64,000 nt of DNA, taken from assembly GCF_018350175.1 (NCBI RefSeq), contig NC_058368.1, forward strand, positions 97,094,001-97,158,000, in the 5' to 3' direction. Below are positions 37,352 to 50,036 of this stretch, one piece after another. Source of the stretch: Felis catus (Eukaryota). A model generated the notes under the pieces. It did no database searches. It was not told the origin of the DNA and saw only the letters and a program-made list of their open reading frames with translations. How positions within the stretch are numbered: the stretch's first letter is position 1; each line of letters starts with the position of its first letter. Position numbers and translations under genes: made by a program.

Positions 37352-38690
37352 AATCATTCATTCTCCAGAATTTTTTTCCTGTTCAGTAAATGCCAGTCAC
37401 TGTATTGGACATACAAAAATTGAAGATATAGTCAAGATTCTCAAGAAACTCACATGTTAATTTTAAAGAAGTAAACCAGTAAATATAGCACTCTGTAATA
37501 AATACTCTGATGTCTGTAGACACAAAGATCTAGGGAAATTTAACCAGAGAAATCCTCAAGTCAGTCAGCAAAGATTATGGATGTCTTCTCTAAATTGGAA
37601 ATGCTTGACTTGATTCATTGGATGACAGAGTAAAACTTAGCCAGCCAAAGAAAAGGAAGGGTATTAGAAGCAAAAAGATTAACCTGCATAATAGCATGGG
37701 GAATACAGAGACTAAAAAATGTTCAGGCTTACAAATGGCTTAACATATTTAGAATTCGGGCTGAAATAAAGGATTGACAAACAGGTGAAACTGGATGGAT
37801 ACACGAGGGCCAAATCACAAAAGAATTACTAATCACGCTAAGGAGGTTAGCCTTTATCCTTCAGAATAGAGTCACTGAAAAGTTCTGAGATGGAAAATAG
37901 CAATACATTATTTGCATTTTGGAAAGATCACTCTAGTGGCATGGTAGAAAGTAGATGGAAGGGAACAAGAGTAAGTCAAGGAGAAATAAGGAGATCGCTG
38001 GGATGATCTATGATGGAAGGAAAGGAGCAGCAGTAAAATAGAGAGGAAGTGACAGATTTGAAACACACCAAGGAAATAGAATCAGTAGGCTGCACTGGCC
38101 CTTTGGACAATGGTTGAACGGAAGAAATAAGACTAGAATGATTCCAACATTTCTAGCTCGTGTGACCAGGTGGAGAGAGGCACCTTCACACAGCTGCTTT
38201 TCTCCGTGTTGTATGTGGACCACGAACACCAGAATCACTAGAGCTGTTTGCAAACAGTGTCGGTTCCTCACCCCATCCTCGATGTTTCAATGAGTCAGAA
38301 TTTATGCATGATGAAGTTAGAAACATGCTCCAAAAAAGCAAGACATGCAGAAAGCAGAGCTGGTGAAATAGGAAGGAAGGTGATGAGCTTGGTTTAAAGG
38401 CTGTTGTTTTTGAGAAGCCAGGGGAACACCCACAGAGATGGGTTTGATGAGCAGCAGATAATATAGGGCTCTGGCTCAGGGGAAAGAAAAGGTCTGAAGC
38501 TGTTTTCTTTGGGAGCCAATAGCTTTTGAGTAGCTAAAAATATGGGTGATTTTTAAACAAAATCATCCTGGAGAATACAGAAAGGAAGCCATAAGAAAAG
38601 GCACAAGAGGAACCCTGGGAACAGCGAGATGTAAGATGCTGTCAGAAGAAAAGCAGCCCACAAGGAAATATGGCAGGTAATAGCATGAAA
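37352..38690 (-). mobile_element. Long decayed L2
   Basis: cattcattc... start; tttgcattttggaaagatcactctagtggc; aatgattccaacatttctagct. Confidence 0.7.
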
Positions 38691-39789
38691 GTACTGGGTT
38701 CAGCCTGCCTGCTACTAAACGGGCAGAGAGGAAACCAAGGGTAAGCACAGCCTTTCTAATGATTCTAACCCATTATATCTCTAAGGAAGGGAAAGAGAGT
38801 GTGTCAAATGGCTGCCACTTAAATGTGTAGTGAGAGGTTCCATTATGCCTTATCCATGACTTGTTCACACTATTTTCCACCTAATTCTGCCCAAAATAAG
38901 ACAACTTTGGTCAATACAAAAAAAAAAAAAAGGACAGTAACCATTGGTATGGCTGCATGCACGCAAGCATCGTGGACTCCTCTTAGATCCCAGCTTAGCC
39001 CCAGAACATGGGCCTGAGTGATAGGAAAAGCAGAGTGATAACACTTGCTCACGTGTTCTCTAAGACAGCACGGCATCAGAGTAGTCACTGGGCTGTGGAC
39101 TCCAAAAGACACAGGCCAGCCTCTAACTGCATTAAGAATAAACAGTGACAAGAAATCCTTCAAAGGCAGACGTTAGGAACAAGCCCTTCAAATCTATCCG
39201 AGGTCACTTCTCCACTTGAGGCTAGACAAGGTGGCCCCGTATGGCACCCCAGTGACACGCATACAGAAGATTTCATTGCTTTCCTAGACTTCAAATGCAT
39301 TCATTTCAAGTACTTTAAACCTTCAAACCACCCCCATCTATGGATACTTCAAACAACCCTCGCACAGTAGAGTTACTATCATCTAACACTGTTGTTGTTT
39401 TTTTCCTCATAATCAACAAAATTCATTGTGTTTGAAGCTTCGGTCCATTACCCTGTCCCACCACTTAACCATAAGTGATCCACCCCATAGCCGTCACTAC
39501 AAAACAACTTACTCACAGCGATCAGAACTCCTAATGACCTTCTTAAAACATCGTTTGTGGAAGCACTTCTAAAGTTTCTATCTGGTCAAATAAGTTCTCA
39601 GGGGCTTCTTCCAGTATTCCTCCCATAGAACAGGAGACAGCCGATTGGCATAGGTACAAAGAAACTATAGAAATGCAGGGTTTACAGCACGTCTAGTATC
39701 TTGGCTAATATTCATCAAAGGTCACATCAGTGGAAGGCTAAACTGTATTAATGAGTCTGCTCCCAACCCATCTGATGGCTTATCAAGCA

Positions 39790-39940
39790 GTTTGTTCAAG
39801 TTACTCCGAATTCCCTTCAGTGCCTCAGTTTCCTCATCTATAAAATAGGGATAATAACTTTACCTACTTTGTATGCTTGTTGAGACAGTTAAATAAGGTA
39901 GTCTATATAAACACACAATAAGTGCTCTGTAAGGTTGGCT
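39790..39940 (+). mobile_element. MIR
   Basis: gtgcctcagtttcctcatctataaaatagggataataac. Confidence 0.85.
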
Positions 39941-40058
39941 CTGACTATTGTCAATGTCAAAATCAATAAAGTATCATTTTAATCTGCACCTCATGTGGGT
40001 TTAAAAAAAATTATTTTAAGGAAAAAAATCCTCATCATGAACAAGTACTTTTCATTTG

Positions 40059-40099
<41 letters not shown>

Positions 40100-40110
40100 C
40101 ACCATCATCA
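40059..40110. repeat. (TTA)n microsatellite
   Basis: Direct. Confidence 0.95.
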
Positions 40111-40224
40111 AAGACTCTTAAAAATGCTCCAAAATCCAAATGCAACCTATTTAACAAAGATAGTACAGTTTATCTTTTCAACAATACTTAAATTTTAGCC
40201 TATATAGATGATACATGATTCTAT

Positions 40225-40415
40225 TGGTTAGGGTAGTATGTTGGAGAAAAAAGTAAAGATTTTTACATAAATAGAAGCTCTGGTTCCCTTAATTTCCAGC
40301 TTTAAAACACTGAGAAAGTTCCTTAAATCTGAACCCCATTTCCTCATTCATGGAAAGGAGACCATACTGCTAACTAGGAAGGATTTGTGTAAGGATTAAA
40401 AATGAGATAATATAA
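40225..40415 (+). mobile_element. MIR fragment
   Basis: tttcctcattcatggaaaggag...gtaaggattaaaaatgagataat. Confidence 0.6.
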
Positions 40416-40734
40416 CAGGTTCCAATTAACATATTTCTCTTCCCCTCTCAGTAGCAACACCAAAACTTGTCATGAAATTTATCACTCATGGAAAATTTGT
40501 CTAAAATCAAGAGCTAAGGCCTGGCAATAGTTAACTATGGCCCTCACCTATCAATAAAACCATTATTTTTCTTCTTCCTAATACTAATTGCACTTAAATC
40601 TTGAAAACTCAAGCAATGCCCTGTCACATACCAGGAAGGAGGGAAACAAACAAACAAACAAACAAACAAAAAACAACACTAAGTAGAACTCACTCAAGAT
40701 TGAGTGTAGGATTAAGGCTCAGCATTCATACCAG

Positions 40735-41305
40735 GCCAAGTACTCAAGCCAAATATCTACAGAAATCATTCATGTAATAAAAATAAGAGAGGGGCACCTG
40801 GGTGGCTCAGTCGGTTGAGCGTCCGGCTTCAGCTCAGGTCATGATCTCACGGTTTGTGAGTTCGAGCCCCGTGTCGGGCTCTGTTCTGACAGTTCAGAGC
40901 CTGGAGCCTACCTCGGATTCTACCCTCTCTCTCTGCCCCTAACCCACTCGCATTCTGTCTGTGTCTCTCTCAAAAATAAATAAACATTTAAAAAAAATTT
41001 TTTTTAAATAAGCAGTTTGTGTATAACAACCAGGAGAGGTGAGGACTGTGGCAAATTAAAAAGTATCTGCCCTTCCTAAAGTAAGCGATGGCAATAGTGT
41101 GGTTTACCCAAATCATCCCTATTCGAGAACGCAAACCCAATGTTGCCAGAACTTAGCATTTCAAGAAAGGCCAGAAATCATGTTTGTGTGTGGAAATATT
41201 CTGAATTCTAAATACTAGCATGAAGTTCTACTAGAAACAGATAAACACTCTAGGCCAAATAAAAATCCTCTGTGCCAAATTCAGTCCATCAGGTTACAAC
41301 TTCTG
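40735..41305 (-). mobile_element. MER102-like hAT-Charlie element split by a SINE
   Basis: ggtgaggactgtggcaaat...ccaatgttgccaga...tttcaagaaaggccagaaatc...ggccaaataaaa. Confidence 0.65.
40790..41005 (+). mobile_element. Can-SINE
   Basis: ggggcacctgggtggctcagtcggttgagcgtccgg; short TSD aaataag. Confidence 0.96.
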
Positions 41306-41392
41306 ATTTATAAATCATCATTATGATTACCATATGGCCACCCCTGGCAGAATCCCAAAAGTAGCCACTAATGTGAACTCTTTCTTTCTTAC

Positions 41393-41619
41393 CATCCGTA
41401 ACTAGCTTTGTTCTTCTTCACTTCGTATTCAAACAAGACTAGCAAGATAATGTTAAAGGAAGTTTGGAAATGATGTTTCAAAGAAATAAACTTGCCTGGG
41501 CCAATCTCCAGGCAAGTTTGTTTGTTTATGGTAGTTTGGGGGGGGTTGTTTTTTTTGTTTTGTTTTTTAATTTTATCCAAGATTGCCTCAAATGCTTTCT
41601 TTCACAAGTCCTGGACCTC
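41393..41619 (-). other. Candidate 227-nt exon ending in ATG (putative 5'UTR/start-codon exon)
   Basis: Minus strand: pyrimidine tract, tactgac and ccag|G acceptor; ATG|GTAAGA donor; no transcript evidence. Confidence 0.3.
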
Positions 41620-42145
41620 CTGGTATTGAAAAGTCAGTAAAGGACAAAAGAGGCAGGTCTGTCTCCCTTCAGGAGCACCCCTCCCCCATCTGCCAGCTGA
41701 CCTTGACAGAAAGGGTGGTGGCAAGCGGCTGGCTCTCAAGCCCACTGACATTTGGAAACACAGGTGCGGCCCACAGCCCTGGCAGGATTCAGCCAGGCAA
41801 TCCTGTGACAAGCCCAAGCTTGACGGGGAGACTCCCCTGACAGTCTGAACAGGAGGCTGAATCTGTCACTGTCTGGCCAGAGCGGCTGTCTGCGTCAAGT
41901 GCTGACACCGGATGCCTGAATAGGGGCTCAGTCAAGCGGGCATTTGTTACAGAAAGTTCCCCCAACTCATATTTCATAGTGATCAGAGGCGGTGAGGCGG
42001 AGACCCGAAGTGGCTCATCAGTACAGTATTAGCCATGGTGGTTATCACATAGGGACAGCTGGGCTGAAGCCAGAGAAGCCCTCTTTGGAGACAACAAATG
42101 TTCACTGCCCCCAGGGGTGGTGGAGACAGGCCACCAGGCCTCACT

Positions 42146-42147
<2 letters not shown>

Positions 42148-42187
<40 letters not shown>
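42148..42187. repeat. (CA)n microsatellite
   Basis: Direct. Confidence 0.95.
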
Positions 42188-42189
<2 letters not shown>

Positions 42190-42442
42190 CTAACCCCCAT
42201 CCCCCACACATCCAAGCACAGTACTCCTACACCCCCGTGAGGCTCTAAAAGGAAAGAGCAGGAAGAGGCTATGCCAGACTAAGAGGAAAGCACATGCTCA
42301 GAGGGAATGAGAGGGAATAACAGCCCTGCCTCTGGTCACCTGAGACCCAGGCCCTGGCCTTTTGCTTCCACGGCCTATCCCCAGTCGATGCAATGAGAGC
42401 CCTTTGGGACTTCTTCTAAAGAAAAGGGTTTCACTTTCCTTT

Positions 42443-43198
42443 TTGTTTTTAATTTGTTGTTTGTGGTTTTTTATGTAAATTCAAGTTAGTTAACAAACAG
42501 CATAGTATTGGTTTCAGGAGTAGAACCCAGTGATTCATCACTTCCATACAACACCCAGTTCTCATCCCATCAAGTGCCCTCCTTAATGCCCATCACCCAA
42601 TTAGCCCATCCCCACCCACCTCCCTCCATCAATCCTCAGTTTGCTCTCCGTATTTAAGAGTCTCTTATGGTTTGCCTCCCTGTCTGTTTTTATCATATTT
42701 TATTTTTCCTTCCCTTCCCCTATGTTCATCTGTTGTGTTTCTTAAATTCCACATATGAGTGAAATCATATGCTATTTGTCTTTCTCTGACTGGCTTATTT
42801 TGCTTAGCATAATACACACTAGCTCCATCCACGTTGTTGCAAATGGCTAGATTTCCTTCTTTTTGATTGCTGAGTAATACTCCATTGTATATATATACCA
42901 CATCTTCTTTATCGATTCATCAGTCGATAGACACTTGGGTTCTTTTTATAATTTGACTATTGTTGATAGTGCTGCTATAAACACGTGCCCCTTCAAATGA
43001 GCACTCCTGTATCCTTTGGATATGTACCTAGCAGTGCAACTGCTGGGTTGTAGGGTAGTTTTATTTTGAATCTTTTAAGGATTCTCCATCATGTTTTCCA
43101 GAGTGGCTCCACAAGCTTGCATTCTCACCCAGTATCACACATCATCAGAGAAATACAAGTCAAAACCACAATGAGGCTAAAATGAACAACTCAGGTGA
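42443..43198 (-). mobile_element. Carnivore L1 3' end with short 5' inversion
   Basis: Antisense L1 to 43130; sense piece catcatcagagaaatacaagtcaaaaccacaatgag at 43131-43195. Confidence 0.9.
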
Positions 43199-43704
43199 GA
43201 GTTTTACTTTTCTTTCATCAGTGTGGCTCCACAGTGCTTGATTCTGCATTCAGTCTGATGGATGGGAAGACAAAAAAAAAAAAAAGGAAGAGGAAATGCA
43301 ATCAAATTTAGTTCTTGTCTCAAGAGTTTCCCCAAGAAATGAGTTCTTGCCCCATGTCCTTCCCATTGTACTGGCATCGCAATCAAGGATGGTGATTATT
43401 TCCAAGCGTCTCAACAATTAATTAAGATGGCCTCCCCTCCCCTGCTCCAAAGCCCATCCTGCCTTGTTAGTGACTTAACTCCTCTGGAAAACTTGCGAAC
43501 CAAGTTTAAATAACAACTAAAAGATGGGACCTTTCCCAGAGCAACCATGACTCTTCTGAATTTAGAAACCAAATGTCTCTGACATTACTAGCAGTTATAC
43601 AATTACCAACTGGCCAAGAGACAGGATGAGATAATCACTAAACTACTCACGGCGTCCGGGTGTCACTGTCAACCACTATGGGGACAGTAATCACATCAAG
43701 AATA

Positions 43705-43900
43705 ACGACTTATCTTTACTGGACACTTAATATGCAATAAGTCTTCTGCTAAGCATTCACATGGGCATTACTGAATCCTCACAATGACTAGTGAGATAGA
43801 AATGTTATCAACCCAGTATTACAGAAGAGGAAACCAAGTCCAAGAGGCTTAAATAAACTGTTAAAGCCACACAACTTGGAAGAGGCAGAGTAAGGATTAC
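43705..43900 (-). mobile_element. MIR
   Basis: aatcctcacaatgac...ttacagaagaggaaaccaag. Confidence 0.75.
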
Positions 43901-44344
43901 AAACAAACAGTGCCTTACACATAGCACTAAAAACATTTATTTATTAGAGTTGTTAAGAGGTAGAGTAGTAGAAAAATTCAATTTAGTTTCAGATCACCTT
44001 GATTTAGTCTTAATATGTATACAACACCTACCAATTAATGAGGAAAAAGATGACTACTCCAACATGAAAAGGAGCAAAAACTAGAAAATTCACACTAAAT
44101 TTTGACAAGCATCTGAAAAAAAAACCACATATAGAAATTCACTAGTATTCAGATACTTGAAATTTACAATGACATAATATACTATCTTTTGTCTCTCAAA
44201 TTGACAAATACCTGTTAAAATTGAAATGTTCAGGGTGGGTTAAGAGTGTACCTATCAGGTATGACTAGAAAAAGTTGATTTATATAATGTTTCTAGGGGC
44301 AACCTGATAATATATGTGGAAGTCTTGAGAGTGGTTTATAACAT

Positions 44345-44820
44345 CTCTGGCAGTATTAAAACCTGGCTATAAATTCTTCGACACCCCTTCCATTGACAGG
44401 TAAGGGTCCATATTCTCTACCTTGGAACTGGGACAGGATTATGACTGCTTCAACCAACAGAGTGCAGGAAAAGTGACACCAGGCGACATTCAAGGCTACT
44501 TCATAACGTCCATATACATCTACCTTGTGCTACTGAAATACTCTTGGAGCTCTAAGCCAAGTCACAAAAATGTACCCTTACAATGAGATCACCAGGCTGG
44601 AGAAGCCACATGTAGGAACAGCAGTCAACAGTCCCAGCTATGATCAGCCTTGGAGTGTGTCTGCTGAGATCCCAGACATCATAGAGCAAACAACAACCAT
44701 CCCTGCTATGCCCTTACCGAATTCCTAACCTACAGCATCCATGAGCACAGTAAAATGGTGGTTGTTTAATGCAGCTAAGTTTGGGGTTGGTTTGTTCCAC
44801 AGCATCAGATAACTGGAAAA
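44345..44820 (+). mobile_element. MLT1G/H-type MaLR LTR within decayed L1ME-like sequence
   Basis: ttcttcgacaccccttccattga...gaagccacatgtagg...gctaagtttggggttggtttgtt...agataactggaa. Confidence 0.8.
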
Positions 44821-45110
44821 ACCTCTAACCTTGTAATTATTCTTCTGAAATCTGTTCTAAGGGGATAATCAGAAATATACATAAAAATTATATACAAAGA
44901 TGTTTAAAGTAGGGGGAAATAGAAGCATAGATTTGAACAATAAGGGCTTTCTTCATCCACATAATCAAATGTGGCAATTTAAAATCAGGTTTTGGAAAGC
45001 TATTTAATAATATGAAAATCCCTTCCTAACATATTTTTAAGGGAGACTTTTAAAACAATACAGAAAGAAGTTTACTTTTGTGGGGAAAAAAAACAAAATA
45101 AAACAACAAC

Positions 45111-45214
45111 TATATATATATGTATATATATACGTATATATATATGTATATATATGTGTGTATATATGTATATATATATATGTGTGTACATATATATATG
45201 TATATATATATATG
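45111..45214. repeat. (TA)n/(TG) microsatellite
   Basis: Direct. Confidence 0.95.
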
Positions 45215-45416
45215 CATTAAAATTGGATGAAAATATTTCAAAATTTAAATAGTGGCTTTTTCTGAGTTGTGATATTATGGATTATTTTTATTTTCTTCAT
45301 GATGATTTTCTGTATTTTTAAAATTCCCTAAAATTCATAAAAGTAGTAGGCAATATGCCAATAATACATGACAGGACTTCATTAAATCTATGTAACTTTA
45401 AAAAAAATCTTATTGC

Positions 45417-45653
45417 AGGGGCCCCTGGGTGGCTCAGTCAGTTAAGCATCCTGATCGTGAGATCAGGTCACAATCTCACAGTTTATGAGTTTGAGCCCTG
45501 CACTGGGCTCTGTGCTGACAGCTTAGAACCTGGAGCCTGCTTCAGATTCTATGTGTCCCGCTCTCTCTGCCTCTCCCCGGCTTGTTCTCTCTCTCTCTCT
45601 CTCTCTCCCTCCCTCCCTCCCTCCCAAAATTTAACACTTAAAAATTCTTTTTC
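45417..45653 (+). mobile_element. Can-SINE
   Basis: SINE body; TSD aatcttattg. Confidence 0.94.
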
Positions 45654-45664
45654 AATCTTATTGA

Positions 45665-45850
45665 AGACCTGAGTTCAAATTCCAGCAACTTCTATCTTAA
45701 TTGTCTTTGTAAAAATTCTGAACTCTAAGTTCTTCATCTATAAAACCAAGAAAACATCTACTTCAAATGATTTTTATGAAGTTAAACCATATAATAACTA
45801 AGTTCCCAGGACGGACCTAAATACCTAGTAGGCGTTCAATAAATGCCTAT
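45665..45850 (+). mobile_element. MIR
   Basis: gacctgagttcaaattcc...ttcttcatctataaaa...agtaggcgttcaataaatg. Confidence 0.7.
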
Positions 45851-46316
45851 CTCAATTAAATGAGAAGCAGTTTGTCCAGCTTTCACACCATCAGAATGGG
45901 CATCTGAGATAAATATCTGTAGCCTCTAAGTGAACAAAGAACACAAAGATTTGGCTATGGTTTTTACCACTCATCTAAAACAAGCAGGATTTGGTGAAAC
46001 CAGAAACCATTCTGCCTCTTGCTGCTACATGCCGACCTTATTATTACTGTTGGTGACAGACAAGCACCAAACTTTCCTGCTATTCCAGGTAAATGACAAA
46101 CAAATACTTAGGATAAAATGAAGAGGCTGAATGGTAGTTCATTTTCCTCTCTGGATATGGAAGCTCTCTTGCTTATTAAGTGTACCCACCATAACTGTAA
46201 AGAAAGTCTTAGAGCCAGAGCCTTCCAGTGAGCTAAAAAGAACCACTTCTCTTGTCTTCTTGGTTTATCTTCTCCTCCCCAGCCCCATGTCACACTGTCA
46301 TGACTTTGTTAACATT

Positions 46317-46546
46317 TGTTAAGTAGAGACCCAGGGTGTTGGATGGTGAGCCTAGGTCCAATGAAAGACCACAGCAAAAGTGAAATAGAGAAGATTATTG
46401 GGGCACCTGGGTGGCTCAGTCAATTAAGAGTCTGACTCTTGATTTCAGCTCAGGTCATGATCTCAAGGTTCATGAGATTGAGCTCCGCATTAGACAGAGG
46501 CTGCTCGGGATTCTCTCTCCCTCTCTCTACCCCTCCCTCCCTCACA

Positions 46547-46600
<54 letters not shown>

Positions 46601-47062
46601 ACAAATAAACACTAAAAAAAAAAAAAAAGAAATAGAGAAGATTATTACTCACAGGTCCTGGAAGAAGTGCACAGAGCATGCCTGGAGGTGCCACATGGGT
46701 GGGTCAAGGCAAGGTGGAGGCAGAGAAAGTGATGGTACCTGGGGCACATGTCTTTATTAGGGGCCAGGGTTAGAATGTTTGGGATTCCCATACAAAGCTC
46801 AGATTGGTGAATTCAAAAAGAGCAGAGATTTGGTAAGCTTCAAGGGGATCTTATCTAAGGGGCACAAAAGAGGAAAGCCCCAGGAGACTGTTATTCACAA
46901 GGGCTGCTGGGGAAGTTGTACGATGGGCTGATGCTTGCCTGTGATGCTGTGCAATCGCAGGATGTAATAGTGACAGTTCAAGGTCCTTGCAGGCTGCCTG
47001 GCCACACGAAATAGATGCCAAGGCGGCAATGTCAGTGGAGTGGTTTAGCTAAATTCTCAACA
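46317..47062 (-). mobile_element. Probable ERVL-class solo LTR split by a SINE
   Basis: TG...CA termini, antisense poly-A signal (tttatt), ttattactcacagg motif. Confidence 0.5.
46400..46628 (+). mobile_element. Can-SINE with perfect 18-bp TSD
   Basis: TSD gaaatagagaagattatt at 46382-46399 and 46629-46646. Confidence 0.96.
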
Positions 47063-47099
47063 CACATGCACATTCCTGACAACAGGTCATGACAACAGG

Positions 47100-47300
47100 A
47101 GCTTCCCTCTGTTGAGAACCCCTCTGTGCCAGGCACTGGCTCAGCCTCTGCTTGGATTAGCTCCCTTATTCCTCACCACAATGCTAGGATGCAGGTAATA
47201 CTATCATCCCTGTTTCCTCATGTGAGAAATCAGAAACAAAGAGGAGTTAAGTCACTTACCCTAGTCAGTCAAACTCCAAAGCACATACTCTATCTTTCAT
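47100..47300 (-). mobile_element. MIR
   Basis: ctgtgccaggcactg...ttcctcaccacaa...gttaagtcacttaccc. Confidence 0.75.
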
Positions 47301-47678
47301 CTCTATAGAATTCTAGGATTATGCTATCCAAAACTTGGCATGGGAAGGAGAACATCAGACTACTTTCCATTATTCTTATCACCAGGGTGACACTAGACCC
47401 TGCACCTGAACCCAAGTGCTGCTCATTCAGGAAGTGTTATAGAGAAAAAGAGTAACCACTCCTCCACCCTGACCCTCCCTCCACTTCCCTATGCCACTAT
47501 CTTTTGTAGGATCCAAAGCTCCTTGGGCACGTCCCATTAATCTGCATCCTCTGGGCCTGGGGTACCAACTACCCCATCTCAGGACCTTAATAAGGATTTG
47601 TTCAGCTGAATTAAAGAGGATCTACTCAAATTAGCAGTTTTTACCTAATTCTTGCCTTCCAAGGGTTTCTCTTTGGAA

Positions 47679-47691
47679 GACAGACAGACAG

Positions 47692-47736
<45 letters not shown>
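47679..47736. repeat. (GACA)n-(CA)n microsatellite
   Basis: Direct. Confidence 0.95.
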
Positions 47737-47741
<5 letters not shown>

Positions 47742-48390
47742 CTGTTGGATAAATGCTGATCCATCTAGTATGCAGTGATCTGAGTCTGGAGTTAATGCAT
47801 TAGGAAACCCTAATACCTGACCTTTAGAATTGAGTGGAGACTGATAAATGACATCCCTCAACCCCACCTAGGATTTGAACCAATGAGATTCAAACTGGAA
47901 ATAAGATAGGAATAAGACAGATAGCCTCCAAATACAGCATCAACATTTTACCGATGATAAATTATTATCATTATTAAGCTGACATTGGAGAAATGTGATT
48001 TCTATATGTGGGTCAATGGGCTTCACGACCCCAAGTTCCACAATTAAACTTAAACAAGCAGATCTAGGAAGTGCTGCACCAAGACAGGATTCCCTGTGGT
48101 AGAAGAACTCAGGCACTTTATGAGCATGTCTTGCCCTAAAGATAAAAGAAAGAATGGAATGCCTCTGCCCCTGCTCTTTAGTCACCAATAAAATTAAGTC
48201 ACTCTTGCTCCCTGGGGAGGAGAAAGTGAGGGTGGCAAAAGACCACAGAATCCTGGCCCTCTACCTGCTAAGACTCTTAGGTGAATGAGACCTGGAAAGT
48301 CCTGAGAGAAAGCTCTGGTATGACTGAGGACAGCTGAGAGATTTCAGCATTGGGTTGAGCACTCAATTATTACAAATTATTTACATTCTT

Positions 48391-48604
48391 GGGGCATCTG
48401 GATGGCTCAGTTGGTTAAGCATCCAATTCTTGGTTTTGGCTCAGGTCATGATCTCATGGTTCGTGAGATTGAACCCCACTTTCGTCTCTGAAGGATGGGG
48501 TGGAACTTGCTTCAGATTCTGTTTCCCTCTCTCTCTCTCTCTCTGCCCTCCCCCCACCACTCACTTTCTATCTCTCTCTCAAAAATAAATAAACATTAAA
48601 AAAA
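48391..48604 (+). mobile_element. Can-SINE
   Basis: TSD tatttacattc at 48378-48388 and 48605-48615. Confidence 0.94.
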
Positions 48605-49679
48605 TATTTACATTCCTATTGCTCTCTTATCTTGATGTTTCCTTAACATCAACAATTAAAACTTTTCAGTTTTCAGTTTGTGCTGCAAACCCAGAACTAA
48701 GTAGCACATCAACAGAGTCCTCTGAAAAACCAGCCCCGCTTCTAACTGTGTACTACAACCCTAAAGAAGGCTTTAAGCTCTTTGAAAATACATTCTTTTA
48801 CTTTGTGGTATTCCCTAGAATACTCTGCAAATGGTAATTCATTTATAAATGTTTTCCCACAGTGCATACATGGAGGAAGAACTAGTGAGCAAAAAATAAA
48901 AACAGAAACAAAAATAGAACTCATTGGCTATCCAACTTGTAACTCAGGGAGGGAGAAAATAGAGGCGGCTAAACTTACAAATAGGGTGCGTTCCAAACAC
49001 CCATTCCCACATCAGTTTAGGGTGCTAGGGAAAGATTCCCCCCACAGAAGACCCACAGCATACATCTTTGGATACAACAATAACTAGAGTTAAGATTCAT
49101 CGGAGCTTCAGAGGGAAACTCTAGCATCCCACCTCACAAAGAGTACTCTAACACTTCATTTCTGGACCAAGGATGGGCATGAAATATAAGGAATAGAGCC
49201 TGGATGGGGAGGGAAAAGGAGACTGGAAAGTGGGAGAGAAAGGCAGGGTGCCATGGGTCTGGAGATGGGGAGAACAGTCCATGATTTTTCCTTTCTCCTC
49301 CTTCCTTCCACCCTTGCAACTTAGGCCAACTCTCCTGCCCCAAATCATGCCCTGGCTTATCCCCAGAAACAGGTGGGAAGTCAGAGATGGGGGCAAGGGA
49401 AGAAAGTAAACCTATTCAAACCAATATGGATTCTACCATGTTATAGATATTTGATATCGAAGCTAAAAACAAGCTGGAAGGAGTCAGGCTTCAGTCCCAA
49501 GGCCATCCACATCACAGACCACCTGGGAGACCCTGGGAAAATTATTTAACCTCTGCCAGGTACATGACAATAATTATTTACTCCATGACAAACAGAGTTC
49601 TAAGCACTTTACATGTACCATCTCATTTGATTCTCCAAAAACTATTGTGAAGAAACAGAGGGCCCAAGGAAACTAAGCA

Positions 49680-50036
49680 TCATGGACACTGATGCCACCC
49701 AAATCTCACTTCATAGAAGGACCTATTACCCTTCCACTCCTAGCCTCTCAAAGATACCTCACTGGCAGAGCTAGCTTGCCTGTTGTCACATCCCTTCCCC
49801 GGGTGGCCCACCTCCAAAGGGATCAGTGTGAGAGGATCTCTGCCCAGCTCAGGATAATTCTATAGGGCCATTCCAGCTCCAGAGCCCTGCTGAATGGCTG
49901 CCTGACTTGTCCCTCTGCCCAACTCTGCTTCTGTCCCCTTTGTCCCTCAGGTGTGGATCAACAACAGTCCAGAATAAACAACCTGCATGCTAAACTCATC
50001 TCAGAGTCTGCTTCTTGGAAAATCCAGCCTGGGACA
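49680..50036 (+). mobile_element. LTR16-family ERVL solo LTR inserted in a MIR (about 49570-50135, minus)
   Basis: gggccattccagctccagagc...ccctctgcccaa...aataaacaacctgcatgctaaactcatctcagagtctgcttc. Confidence 0.85.
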
